Positions 28,801 through 37,361 of a stretch of 64,000 bases of DNA are shown here, in pieces. The stretch is from a virus. Taxonomy: Duplodnaviria; Caudoviricetes. Made by a program: the position numbers and the translations under genes. The DNA lies in the IMG/VR virus record IMGVR_UViG_2593339134_000001. One strand, 5' to 3'. The notes beneath the pieces are model-generated. The model was not told the origin of the DNA and ran no database searches. It worked only from the letters and a program-made list of their open reading frames with translations. The first letter of the stretch is position 1. Every line of letters begins with the position of its first letter.

Positions 28801-30497
28801 CACTCGGGGCCGATGAGCGCCATACCCTCGGCCATGCCGCCGAATCGCAAATCGCCCGGATGATGTCGATTGTGGGGCCGAATTTTCGGCCAGGGAAGCC
28901 CACCAAGATTTGGCGGCCCGTGATGGGGAGCCGCGATGCGGAAGGTGGGAAGAACAAGGATTTCGTGCGGCAACGGGCCATCAAGCACATCGTCGCGAAC
29001 GAGCGGACGGTGCTGGCCGCCGGGGTGGGCACCGGCAAGACGCTCGTGGGCCTGGGTGCCTTCACCCACCTGCACGGCCAGGGCAAGGCCAAGCGCGGCC
29101 TATTCTTGGTGCCGTCGGCGGTGCAGTCGCAGTTTTCCGGGGAAGCCCTGCGCTACCTCGAACCCGGCAAGTTCAATTGGCACATCGAACCCGGTGCCAG
29201 CCAGGCCGAACGCATCGCGGCCTACAAAGACCCGTCCAGGCACTTCGCGGTGATGACCCACGCGGGATTCCGCGACGACATGATCCACCTGGGCGCGAAA
29301 CACGCCGGCATCGACGAAAAGGCCATGTCCGAGCGCTTGGGCGCGATGAAACCGGCGGAGCGGCGGGCCTGGGCCAAGGGCGTGATGGACAAGGAAGGGA
29401 TCGATTTCGATTACCTGAACGTGGACGAGGGCGACAACCTCCTCAACCGGCGCGGGAAAGAGAATTCCACCCTGGCGAACGTGGTGGACTCGGTGTCGGC
29501 CCATACGCCCTATTACGTGTCGGCCTCGGCGGACCCGGTGAAGAACGACGTGTCGGAGTCGTTCGACGTGTTGGCGAAGATGGACCCCGAGCGCTACAAC
29601 GACCGCGCCGCGTTCCTGCGCCGCTACGGCCCGAACACGGAAGCCGCGCAGGAGGGCTTGAGGCGCGAAATGGCCCGCTACTGGTTCCCGGCCAGCGTGG
29701 AATCCGGCGTGAAGGCCGATAAGCGCGAGGAGCCAGTCGAGTTGACCCCGGACCAGCACGCCGCGCTCAAGGAGGTGTCGAAGCTGGCGGCGCGGGCCAG
29801 GATCGCCCGCATGGAAGGCAAGGTGGACGTGGACGCGCTCAGGCGGCTGTCGCCGACCTCGTTCCATGGCGTGCCGGAGGAGCGGCACGAGGCGCTTGCC
29901 AAGCAACTACAGGCCGGGCTGGGCATGGTGAAGGCGGCGGCCACGCGGCGGATCATCGACGCGCATCCCCAGGGGGCGAAGGTCGGGCGCATCGCCCAAC
30001 TGGCGAAGGAGCGCAAGGGCAAGCCGGGCGTGGTGTTCGCGCACAGCCTGGACGCCGTGAACGCCATCGCCGACCGGCTCAAGCGGGAAGGGCATCGCGT
30101 GGTGACGCTGACCGGGGTGGATTCCGGCAAGGACAAGGACGCCAAGCGGCTGGCGTTCCAACCGGAGGCCGGGGAGGCGAAGGCCGATATTATGGTGGCT
30201 TCGGACGCGGCGGCGGCAGGGATCAACTTGCAGCGGGGACAATGGCTCGTGCATAGCGACGTGCCCGACACGGCCCGGACCCACGCGCAGAGGTCGGGTC
30301 GGATCGACCGGGTGGGCCAAAGGAACGATGTGGAGTTGATCGACCTCGTTGCGAACCATCCAGCGGAACGGGCAGCGCGGGAACGGCTCAAGACCAAGTA
30401 TGGTTTGCGGGAGTTGATGACTTCGCCGATGGAGGGGCTGGATGATAGCGGTCTGGGTTATTTTCTCAGGCGGAGACAGGCGGAGCAGGGCGGGTAA
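25830..30497 (+). CDS. Large SNF2-family helicase/translocase (polyvalent, DarB-like helicase module)
   Basis: Walker A 'GVGTGKT', 'FLVP', motif II 'VDEGD', 'SADPVKN', 'AAGINLQ', 'QRSGRIDRVGQ'; about 1000-aa N-terminal extension. Confidence 0.88.
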   Translation: MPSIILVFPSGNRYPIPPGHYRFDDALAKSHGAAPAGSRWITVHPNGHEEKGVPVLVQEHKPGSGVYHVIGGAGGKLNHLRLRGLKPQSDYKQHARERLKEKQLVAKQQRKRDQESGMAEAKKAAKAGVLDRKRQKQGEFINTVAQAMGWKDHEFNEADHADLPEAAQKQAREQHHREMLKRAHEAVNLQRDRLVSDQEARAEAGLGGVPLTTEDPDKLSVADIDPVKPEGAGGLGYSTDFKARAETMGATDEAVKTEAAQVKAEREAGKPRKAEGEGGGKKTAAGEGGGTAKPKGTAGKIAQALETLREEPATAPLKKLVDAKTAVKLMKAQKALKLTEKAAVDANKDIDKSDRIKAYNLEVSADDPDLDTKVAEDLENNLRTAATRSFLAEVADKDEQQLRRHIGVGAFNSINSLALAAGGDALVDRSVVDVLGIAGAAQVLARRLHADMSKAEIEQLQQGFEDWHVNHYMETSQAVLDQAKELQKRAAEMALDEAHDGHDLAAGKEVMRRKLAALAESDKILGTALGEMEANAALVMALRQGRTDKPVEVPLGGIGDEDAIRQVRAIGLKPGDYSLDRIGTNTVLTVTPAGLDRLAKPMARDELTRVRRNLDIIEGKHDEDDWLPMGVANRPDLGMPDLKPGIAPTLAEPFRPGPDLARSMRDYIGGRIADGDSPADILADLQSQPMIDKAGADRYRDYMAALDAVMPLKDPKTGKLRPVEALKPELEKMADEFTASRHGGTLAPLHRQRFEVDQKAVDALHRALAAHPEGVAAYKSIGELTNQDQRALREFFHANIAKEDVDAADLRHRLERVQGEEPEKEVEDMFGEVSENPDWREWKAHRDQLAEKVNAASLTWDKYAKMMRGHTHAYASIQDLIRSNVAQKFAEEHNRLRPDAPLKLGREVIRGNLNHLDAVDPKARDERLAKERALVDSLRNREGGKYAAGSVADKLDAARERQEAFGQAQIGLFGGEDDLFGDTSPAMKAKPLGADERHTLGHAAESQIARMMSIVGPNFRPGKPTKIWRPVMGSRDAEGGKNKDFVRQRAIKHIVANERTVLAAGVGTGKTLVGLGAFTHLHGQGKAKRGLFLVPSAVQSQFSGEALRYLEPGKFNWHIEPGASQAERIAAYKDPSRHFAVMTHAGFRDDMIHLGAKHAGIDEKAMSERLGAMKPAERRAWAKGVMDKEGIDFDYLNVDEGDNLLNRRGKENSTLANVVDSVSAHTPYYVSASADPVKNDVSESFDVLAKMDPERYNDRAAFLRRYGPNTEAAQEGLRREMARYWFPASVESGVKADKREEPVELTPDQHAALKEVSKLAARARIARMEGKVDVDALRRLSPTSFHGVPEERHEALAKQLQAGLGMVKAAATRRIIDAHPQGAKVGRIAQLAKERKGKPGVVFAHSLDAVNAIADRLKREGHRVVTLTGVDSGKDKDAKRLAFQPEAGEAKADIMVASDAAAAGINLQRGQWLVHSDVPDTARTHAQRSGRIDRVGQRNDVELIDLVANHPAERAARERLKTKYGLRELMTSPMEGLDDSGLGYFLRRRQAEQGG

Positions 30498-30526
30498 GTC
30501 CCATCCCGATAGTTCCCCACCCCCCA

Positions 30527-30543
30527 GGTCGTGACATCACCTT
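30527..30543 (+). promoter_or_regulatory. Putative late promoter 4
   Basis: GGTCGTGAC-at-CACCTT; 48 nt before ATG 30575. Confidence 0.75.
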
Positions 30544-30574
30544 ACCCGGAAACCAACCGCCATAGCTTCCGGCC

Positions 30575-30793
30575 ATGACCCCCGACGCCCTCCGCCAAGC
30601 CCTCGCCCAAAACGCCCGACACCGCGCCCACGCCTCCGCCAGCCTGGCGAAGATCGACCGCGCCGGACGGGACCGCCTCGCCGCCATCAACCAGCGCTTG
30701 GATGTCCTGCGTCCCATCGCCCTGACCGACCCCGAAGCCGCCGACGAGTACCAAGCCCTGGTCTTCGAGCGTGGCCGCATCCTCGCGATGTAG
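30575..30793 (+). CDS. Small hypothetical protein
   Basis: 72-aa helical ORF lying between two late promoter motifs. Confidence 0.65.
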   Translation: MTPDALRQALAQNARHRAHASASLAKIDRAGRDRLAAINQRLDVLRPIALTDPEAADEYQALVFERGRILAM

Positions 30794-30804
30794 TGCCGCC
30801 GCCC

Positions 30805-30821
30805 GGTCGTGACGCCACCAT
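30805..30821 (+). promoter_or_regulatory. Putative late promoter 5 (leaderless)
   Basis: GGTCGTGAC-gc-CACCAT-N6-ATG 30828; no Shine-Dalgarno. Confidence 0.8.
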
Positions 30822-30827
30822 GGGCTC

Positions 30828-31718
30828 ATGCCAACCGCTCAACAACTCCTATCCGCCTGCCCCGACTTCCTGAGCATCGACCTGATGCTCAAGGCCGAAC
30901 TCGCGACCGAAGGCGGGAAGCGCTTCATCTATATCGAGGCCAGCAACGAAGCCATGGATCAGCAAGGCGAAGTGGTCTTGCAAAAAGCCTTGCGCGATTC
31001 ATCGGACTGGTATTCCCGGTTCGGCAACCTCGATATCGACCACTACACCTTGATCGGCGCTAAAGCCGGTATCCCCGATTACATGCTGTTCGAGATCGGC
31101 CAGCCCCGCGAGGTTTCGTTCCATGGTGTGAAAACCTTCGTCAAGGGCGAGATTTATTCCGGCCAGGGGCCGGCGGCGGAACGCGCCAATTATTTCTGGT
31201 CCAGCCTGACCGATATCAATCCCCCGGCCCGCTGGAAGCCCTCGGTCGGTGGCGCGGTACTGGAAAAATCCATCGCGGTGGACCCGGAAACCGGCATGAA
31301 GAAGGCGATGATCGGGAAAGTGCGCTGGACCAATATCGGGTTCTCCAAGAACCCCGTCAACCAGGATGTCCCCATGGTGTCCACGGTGCCCTTCGACACC
31401 CTGGCGAAAAGCTGGGTGCCGGGCCTGGGCTACGACCTATCGAAGGCCCTGGATTCCACGGGCGCAACCACGAATACAGCCAGCCTGACCGGCGGCGCGG
31501 CCCTTGGGCGGCAGTCCTTGGACCGGAAGGCGCGCGGCTATTGGGACTTCCGGGACGCCTTCGCGGGCGACCTCGGCGAGGACCACCGCAGATTCAAGAC
31601 CCACGCCGATATGGTGCGCCATGCGGCCCACAAGTACGGCCTCGACGACGACCTGGCTTCCGAGTTCGTTGAGCGCTTCATGCACGACTGGAAGACAGCA
31701 AGAGAGAAACGGCAATGA
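30828..31718 (+). CDS. Prohead protease
   Basis: 'AS.EA.D.QGE.V', 'D.DH', 'SVGG', 'PVN' motifs of caudoviral prohead proteases; upstream of scaffold and capsid. Confidence 0.8.
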   Translation: MPTAQQLLSACPDFLSIDLMLKAELATEGGKRFIYIEASNEAMDQQGEVVLQKALRDSSDWYSRFGNLDIDHYTLIGAKAGIPDYMLFEIGQPREVSFHGVKTFVKGEIYSGQGPAAERANYFWSSLTDINPPARWKPSVGGAVLEKSIAVDPETGMKKAMIGKVRWTNIGFSKNPVNQDVPMVSTVPFDTLAKSWVPGLGYDLSKALDSTGATTNTASLTGGAALGRQSLDRKARGYWDFRDAFAGDLGEDHRRFKTHADMVRHAAHKYGLDDDLASEFVERFMHDWKTAREKRQ

Positions 31719-32338
31719 ACTTCGATTTCAACGCGATGATGGAAGAACTGGACCTGCTCAAGTCCCAGCGCGGCGACGGCGACGGCAAGATCAAGAAAGC
31801 CGCCGAAGAAGGCCACGAGGAACTGGATGGCGACGAGGACGGCAGCTACGGCGATGGCGGCGAGGACGACGGCTACATGGGCAAGTCCTTCGAGTTCGAG
31901 GTGGACGGCGAAAAGGTCCGCGGCTTCGACGCCACCGCGCTCGTCAAGTCCTTGCAGGACCGGCAGGCGGGCATCGCCGACGAAATGCAGAAAGGCTTCG
32001 GCCAGGTCGCGGCCCTGCTCCAGGCGCAGACCGACCTCCTGAAGAGCCAGGGCGTGGAGATGGCGTCCCTCCGGGCGAAGGTCGCCGACCTGTCGGGCCA
32101 GGGCAAGGGGCGCAAGTCCGCCGTGGCCGTGCATGGGCGCGAGTCCCTGGACCCGCTCGCCAAGAGCCTGGGCGACGATGGCGGATGGACCGTCGATACC
32201 CTGTTGGCGAAGGCCGACGCGCTGTTCGAGGCGGGCAAGCTGGGCACCACGGAATATCGCCAACTGGATGTCTGCGTCCGCAATGGCATCCAGCCCGACG
32301 CCAAATTGCTCCGCAAGGTCGTGGCCACCCAGCTTTAA
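31715..32338 (+). CDS. Scaffold-like protein
   Basis: Acidic/coiled-coil ORF between protease and capsid with several L-x-K-S motifs. Confidence 0.7.
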   Translation: MNFDFNAMMEELDLLKSQRGDGDGKIKKAAEEGHEELDGDEDGSYGDGGEDDGYMGKSFEFEVDGEKVRGFDATALVKSLQDRQAGIADEMQKGFGQVAALLQAQTDLLKSQGVEMASLRAKVADLSGQGKGRKSAVAVHGRESLDPLAKSLGDDGGWTVDTLLAKADALFEAGKLGTTEYRQLDVCVRNGIQPDAKLLRKVVATQL

Positions 32339-32371
32339 CCAGAACCGATCCCACAGAGAGGAACGACACTT

Positions 32372-33880
32372 ATGAATCCCACCATCATCGCCCAATTACA
32401 GGGCTTGGCCGCCGGTTCGCTCGGCGGTATGGGAGGGCACGGATCGGCTTCCGGTTCGCTGTCCGATTTCGGCGACCTGTTCAAGGCGCTGGACTCCACC
32501 TCGGCGCAATCGGATGTGGCGCAGTTGACCGGCGGCGCGGCCTTGGGTATCCAATCGCTCGACCGCATCATGAAGTCCACGGTGTTCGACCAGAAACATA
32601 TCGTGTTCTTCAAGGATTTGATGGCCACCAACGCCACCAACATCGTGGACGAATATACCCGCATGAATTCGGTGGGCGGGTTCCCCGGTGGTAGTTTCAA
32701 CGCGCAAATGGGTACGGTCCGCTCGGCGACCGGCGACTACCAGCGCGAGGTCGGCATGGTGAAGTTCATCATGCAGCTCCGCCAGGTCGGGTTCGTGACC
32801 AACATCACGAACAACATCGCCGACGCCATGTCGGTCGAGGAAAACAACGGCGCCCTGTCCATCTTGCAGGACTTGGAATACGCCCTGTTCTACGGTCATT
32901 CCGCCGCCTGTCCGGTGCAGTTCGACGGCATCTTCAAACAGATCGACGATAGCATCGCCAGCGGCTACATCTCCGGCGAGCATATCTACGACATGCAGGG
33001 CACCAGCCTGACCGATGTGGAGGCGTTCAACGCCATCAACTCGGCCATCATCGGCTATGGCTCCTGGGGTACGCCCACCGACGTGTACCTGCCGTCCAGT
33101 GTCCAGGGCGACCTCAACAGTGGGTTGGACCCCTCCTACCGCTGGAACCCGGACAACCAGAACCAGCCGATGATCGGCGGCCATGTGCCGGGCATCCGCT
33201 TGACCCATGGCGTGTTGAAAACCCACATCGACACGTTCCTGCATGACGCGAACATGCCGATGATCAAGCCGTTCGAGGTGACGTATTCGGCCTTCGCGAG
33301 CGCGTTGTCCACGATCACCCCGCAAGGCGTGGCCGCCGCCTGTGCATCCGATGCGTCCTCGCAGTTCACCGCTGGCCGCGCCGGTAATTATTACTACGCG
33401 GTCGAGGCCATCGACGCGCAGGGCCAGGGGTATAGCCCGGTGGTGAAGACCACGCAAACCGCCATCTCCGCCGGGCAGAAATGCACGCTGACCATCACGG
33501 CCAGCAGCGCCGGGACCGAAACCGGCTACCGCGTTTTCCGGTCCCGCCAGGATGCGGCCAACACCACCGGCGACATGCGCCTCGTCGCCGTGGTTCCGAA
33601 GGCGGGTTCCACCACGACCTATGTGGACCTGAACCGCAATATTCCCGGCACCTTCTCCGCGCCCATCGTGGACTTGGAGCGGGCCTCCGATGCCATCGGT
33701 TGGCGGCAATTCCAGCCGATGATCAAGATTCCGCTGCCGTTCGGTATCGGGCTGATGCCGGTCTATTCCTGGTTCCAATTCTTGTTCGGCTATCTGCGGA
33801 TCACCAATCCGAAGCGGCACGGGTATATCAAGAACATACTCCCGGCCAACGCGGCTTGGCGCCCGCACACGGACGAGTAA
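32372..33880 (+). CDS. Major capsid protein (SPO1/Twort-like)
   Basis: 'TGGAAL..QSLD', 'E.ALFYG', 'QFDGI', 'G.PTD.YLP'; inserted Ig-like segment; followed by a hairpin. Confidence 0.88.
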   Translation: MNPTIIAQLQGLAAGSLGGMGGHGSASGSLSDFGDLFKALDSTSAQSDVAQLTGGAALGIQSLDRIMKSTVFDQKHIVFFKDLMATNATNIVDEYTRMNSVGGFPGGSFNAQMGTVRSATGDYQREVGMVKFIMQLRQVGFVTNITNNIADAMSVEENNGALSILQDLEYALFYGHSAACPVQFDGIFKQIDDSIASGYISGEHIYDMQGTSLTDVEAFNAINSAIIGYGSWGTPTDVYLPSSVQGDLNSGLDPSYRWNPDNQNQPMIGGHVPGIRLTHGVLKTHIDTFLHDANMPMIKPFEVTYSAFASALSTITPQGVAAACASDASSQFTAGRAGNYYYAVEAIDAQGQGYSPVVKTTQTAISAGQKCTLTITASSAGTETGYRVFRSRQDAANTTGDMRLVAVVPKAGSTTTYVDLNRNIPGTFSAPIVDLERASDAIGWRQFQPMIKIPLPFGIGLMPVYSWFQFLFGYLRITNPKRHGYIKNILPANAAWRPHTDE

Positions 33881-33907
33881 CCGGTTCTGGCCACCGTCGG
33901 ACCTTGC

Positions 33908-33936
33908 GGGCGGGGCTTGCCCCCGCCCCCTCTTTA
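33908..33936 (+). terminator. Putative terminator after capsid gene
   Basis: GGGCGGGG-cttgc-CCCCGCCC stem followed by CTCTTT. Confidence 0.5.
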
Positions 33937-33956
33937 ACCACCGGAAGGATCGCGCG

Positions 33957-34181
33957 ATGCCCTACGTGCTTTGTACCCGCCCGAACGCCTCGGGCAACAT
34001 CAACGGATTCCCATTTGTCCCCCATCCGGGTGGCGGCATGGTCAGCGCCGACGATCTGCCGGAGGACGTGGTCGCCAATTTCCTGGCCATCCCAGGCTAT
34101 TCGCGGGTGGCCCCGGCGGGTGGATCGGCCCCCGAGCCCGTGGCCGCCCCGTCGCCCCAGAAACCCGCCAAATCCAAGTAA
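33957..34181 (+). CDS. Small head-associated protein
   Basis: GGAAGG RBS; 'PNASG.ING..F' ORF directly after the capsid gene. Confidence 0.6.
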   Translation: MPYVLCTRPNASGNINGFPFVPHPGGGMVSADDLPEDVVANFLAIPGYSRVAPAGGSAPEPVAAPSPQKPAKSK

Positions 34182-34192
34182 GGTAAGCCAGC

Positions 34193-34798
34193 ATGGGAAG
34201 CACCACCAAGCGGATTCCGCTCCTCATCCAGCAATTGAACCGCGCCATACTCGCCGCCCGCGACGTGCAACTCGGTACCCTGCTCAACGACATCATCACC
34301 CAGTTCAATGCGCTCCGGGCCGATGTGGCCGCGCTCCGCACGCGCATGAACACGGCTTCCCTGGCATCCGCCGGGCTGGCGATCAAGACATCCAGTTCCG
34401 CCGTGGTCAAGTACACCGGCACCATTTCCGCCATTGTCGCGGGCGTGCCGATCCGCAAGACCGCGGGCGACATGCCCGCCCTGGCCGGTACGCTGGCGAC
34501 CGCCAAGAGCGCGGCCTGGGCGTTCTATATCGACGAGTCCGGCACGCTGTCGGTGTCCGCCAAGACCGCCGACAAGACCACCCACGATCTGGCGTTGGCC
34601 GCGTTGCCCGCCAATCCCGACAACAAGGCGCTGGTGGGCTTCGTGGTCATCGACAACGCCACCGGCTCCAATTTCGTGGGCGGCACCACGGCGCTGGACA
34701 CCGCCAGCCTGACCGTGACCTATTACAACGCCATCGGCATGACGGCTTTCGTCGCCGTGCTGGCTTCGGCGGATTTGGCGGCATTGAACGAGCGTTGA
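34193..34798 (+). CDS. Putative head decoration protein
   Basis: Coiled coil plus beta domain; position in the head operon. Confidence 0.55.
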   Translation: MGSTTKRIPLLIQQLNRAILAARDVQLGTLLNDIITQFNALRADVAALRTRMNTASLASAGLAIKTSSSAVVKYTGTISAIVAGVPIRKTAGDMPALAGTLATAKSAAWAFYIDESGTLSVSAKTADKTTHDLALAALPANPDNKALVGFVVIDNATGSNFVGGTTALDTASLTVTYYNAIGMTAFVAVLASADLAALNER

Positions 34799-34817
34799 TC
34801 GCCGATCCCACCGGGCC

Positions 34818-35585
34818 ATGAGCATCTTCACCAACCCCGACGACGTGGCCAGCCTCCTGGCGATGTCGGTGTTCAAGACGCACCCGGCCTTTTCGGGCGT
34901 GTTGCCCTCCGAAGATGAAGCGTGGGCCGCGCTGCTGGCCGCCGAGGCCGACGCGCAGCGCCGTCTGCGCGTGTTTCTGGAGCCCACGGTCATGGTGCCC
35001 TCGCAGGCGCCGCCGCCGGAAATCGACGCCTTGGAAAACGCCGGGACCAAGTACGCCTTGGAGGCCCCGAGCGAGTACGAGGCGGAAACCTTCTCCAACA
35101 CGTTCTTCGGCTGCGTCGAAACCAAACAGCGGCCCATCGTCCGGGGCTCCATCACCTCGATCCGTTTCGTCTATCCCGGCCCCGGAACGGCGGTGTTCGA
35201 GGTGCCTGCCGAGTGGATCAGGCCGGAACTCAAGTACGGCTTGATCCACCTGATTCCCACGGGGCTGGCGTCCTACGGCCCCATGAACGCCTTCGTGCTG
35301 CAAGCCCTGACCGGGCGGAAGACCGTGCCCATGATGATCGAGGTCCGCTACACGGCGGGCCTCACAGACGCGCACGGCCTCTGGCCGGACGTGGTGGACA
35401 CCGTGAAGAAGATGGCGGTGCTAAGGCTGATTGAGGGAGCCTTCCCGGCGCAATCGGCTTCGATCTCGGCGGATGGCCTGTCGCAATCGGCCTCGGTGGA
35501 TACTTCGAAGTATTCGGACATGATCGACAAGAAAATCTCGACTTTGAAGGATGCCCTGTGGGGCGTCCGAGTGGGTGTTTTGTGA
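34818..35585 (+). CDS. Head-tail adaptor/neck protein
   Basis: 'I.V.Y.AG', 'S.SISADGLSQS' as in SPO1-like neck proteins. Confidence 0.75.
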   Translation: MSIFTNPDDVASLLAMSVFKTHPAFSGVLPSEDEAWAALLAAEADAQRRLRVFLEPTVMVPSQAPPPEIDALENAGTKYALEAPSEYEAETFSNTFFGCVETKQRPIVRGSITSIRFVYPGPGTAVFEVPAEWIRPELKYGLIHLIPTGLASYGPMNAFVLQALTGRKTVPMMIEVRYTAGLTDAHGLWPDVVDTVKKMAVLRLIEGAFPAQSASISADGLSQSASVDTSKYSDMIDKKISTLKDALWGVRVGVL

Positions 35586-35770
35586 TGTGCTGGTGTACCC
35601 CGGACCTCCGAACCCCATCCTGCGGCAAGCCAGGATGCCACCCACCGGGCAAGCCGCAAAACAAAAAGGCGGCGAAACCCATGGAAACCCCGCTCATCAA
35701 GCGCTTCGGGAATGATGAGGGGCTGGGTGTGTTGCATCAATCGCCGCTTCCCGAAGGTCGCATTCCATGA
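35585..35770 (+). CDS. Small Cys-rich hypothetical protein
   Basis: Start overlaps the upstream stop (TGATG) and stop overlaps the endolysin start (ATGA). Confidence 0.4.
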   Translation: MCWCTPDLRTPSCGKPGCHPPGKPQNKKAAKPMETPLIKRFGNDEGLGVLHQSPLPEGRIP

Positions 35771-36495
35771 ATATCTCTCCCGAACAACTCGCCGCCGCCT
35801 GCGGTTGCCGCCTATCGGCCGCCCGGCGCTGGCTCGGCCCCCTCGTCCAGGCCATGGCCCGCTATGGCATCGACACGCCCGCCCGGCAAGCCGACTTCCT
35901 GGCCCAGGTCGGGCACGAGTCCGGCTCGCTGGCCCACGTGGAGGAGATCGCCAGCGGCGCGGACTACGAGGGGCGCAAGGACTTGGGCAACACCCGGCCC
36001 GGCGACGGCAAGCGCTTCAAGGGACGCGGCCTGATCCAGATCACGGGCCGGGCCAATTACGCCGCCGCCGGATCGGCGCTGGGGATCGACCTGTTGGCGA
36101 ATCCCGAGCGCCTGGAGGAACCCGAGTTCGCGGCCCTGTCCGCCGCGTGGTTCTGGCGCTCCAAGGGGTTGAACGAGCTGTCCGACCTGGGCGAGTTCGA
36201 TCAGATCACGCGCCGGATCAACGGCGGCACGAACGGCGCGGCGGACCGCCGGGAACGGCGCAAGCGGGCGCGGGCGGCGCTCGGGCTGGATCCGTCCCCG
36301 GCGTTGCGGCGCGGGGATTCCGGCCCGGAGGTGCTGGCCCTGCAAAAGGCGCTGGCGGCACGGGGCGTGCGGGTCGGCGCGGATGGGGTTTTCGGCCCCG
36401 CCACCGAGTCGGCGTTGCGGGGGTTCCAGGCATCGCACGGGCTGGTGGCGGATGGTATCGCCGGGCCGCAGACCATGCGGGCCTTGGGGCTATGA
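35767..36495 (+). CDS. GH19 endolysin with C-terminal peptidoglycan-binding domain
   Basis: 'FLAQ.GHESG', 'KGRGLIQITGR.NY', 'SAAWFW', 'ITRRINGG.NG'; 'DG.FGP.T..A...FQ...GL.ADGIAGP.T'. Confidence 0.95.
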   Translation: MNISPEQLAAACGCRLSAARRWLGPLVQAMARYGIDTPARQADFLAQVGHESGSLAHVEEIASGADYEGRKDLGNTRPGDGKRFKGRGLIQITGRANYAAAGSALGIDLLANPERLEEPEFAALSAAWFWRSKGLNELSDLGEFDQITRRINGGTNGAADRRERRKRARAALGLDPSPALRRGDSGPEVLALQKALAARGVRVGADGVFGPATESALRGFQASHGLVADGIAGPQTMRALGL

Positions 36496-36523
36496 TTTTT
36501 TGTTCAACGAACGGAGATCGACC

Positions 36524-36724
36524 ATGAAAAGCGCTACTTCATTCTTACAGAACGCGGTCGCTTTCCTTTGGGAACGCCTGAAAGAACCCAGCACTTGGGC
36601 CGGGCTGGCCGCCGCGTGCGCGGCGATTCCTGGATTGCAGACGGGGGCGCTCATTTGCGGAGCCGTGGCGGCGGGCCTGAAGGAAAAGAGCGTTGCCGAC
36701 CAGGGGGCTGCCCATCCAGCTTAG
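36524..36724 (+). CDS. Holin-like small membrane protein
   Basis: GGAG RBS; 'RLKEPSTWAGL' plus hydrophobic stretch, directly after the endolysin. Confidence 0.6.
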   Translation: MKSATSFLQNAVAFLWERLKEPSTWAGLAAACAAIPGLQTGALICGAVAAGLKEKSVADQGAAHPA

Positions 36725-36727
36725 GCC

Positions 36728-37357
36728 ATGCTCCTCAATCCACTCCAATTCAACGCTTTCCTCGCCCATTTGGGCCAGAACTTCGGCTGGCAGAAATCCT
36801 ACGCCTGCCCCTGCCTGAATCCCAATAGCGGCGCGGCCCTGCCGACCTGTCCGCTGTGCGGCGGCAAGGGGCATGCCTGGGATGATCCGGTCGAGGGCGT
36901 GGCGGGCATCTCCGGCCAACAACTCCAACTCCGGTGGGCCAAGATGGACCTCTACGAACCGGGCGACGTGGTGCTGACCCTGCCGTCCGATTCGCCGATC
37001 TATGACATGGGCCAGTTCGACCGGGTGGCGATGCTGGATTCGTCCGCGCCGTTCTCGGACAAGTTCATCCGGGGGCGGGACGATGTGCTGCGCTACCCGA
37101 ATGTCAGCATCGAACGGGTGTTCTGGCTGGTGGACGGGGAAGTGGTCGAGGGCGGTATCCCGGATGTGGGCGACGATGGCGTGCTGACGTGGCTGTCCGG
37201 CGGCGAACCCCCGGCGGGCATGGTCTACAGCATCACCGGGCGGCGCAGGCCGGAATATTTCTGCTGGGGACCGCTGCCGCAGGACCGGGCGCATCATGGG
37301 GGGCGGGATTTGCCGAGGAAGGTCGTGCTGCGGGCTTTCGATTTGTTCGGGCGGTGA
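36728..37357 (+). CDS. Head closure/neck protein with Zn-finger
   Basis: 'W.KS..CPC.......CP.C.G.G' as in SPO1/Twort-like neck proteins. Confidence 0.7.
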   Translation: MLLNPLQFNAFLAHLGQNFGWQKSYACPCLNPNSGAALPTCPLCGGKGHAWDDPVEGVAGISGQQLQLRWAKMDLYEPGDVVLTLPSDSPIYDMGQFDRVAMLDSSAPFSDKFIRGRDDVLRYPNVSIERVFWLVDGEVVEGGIPDVGDDGVLTWLSGGEPPAGMVYSITGRRRPEYFCWGPLPQDRAHHGGRDLPRKVVLRAFDLFGR

Positions 37358-37361
37358 CGCG

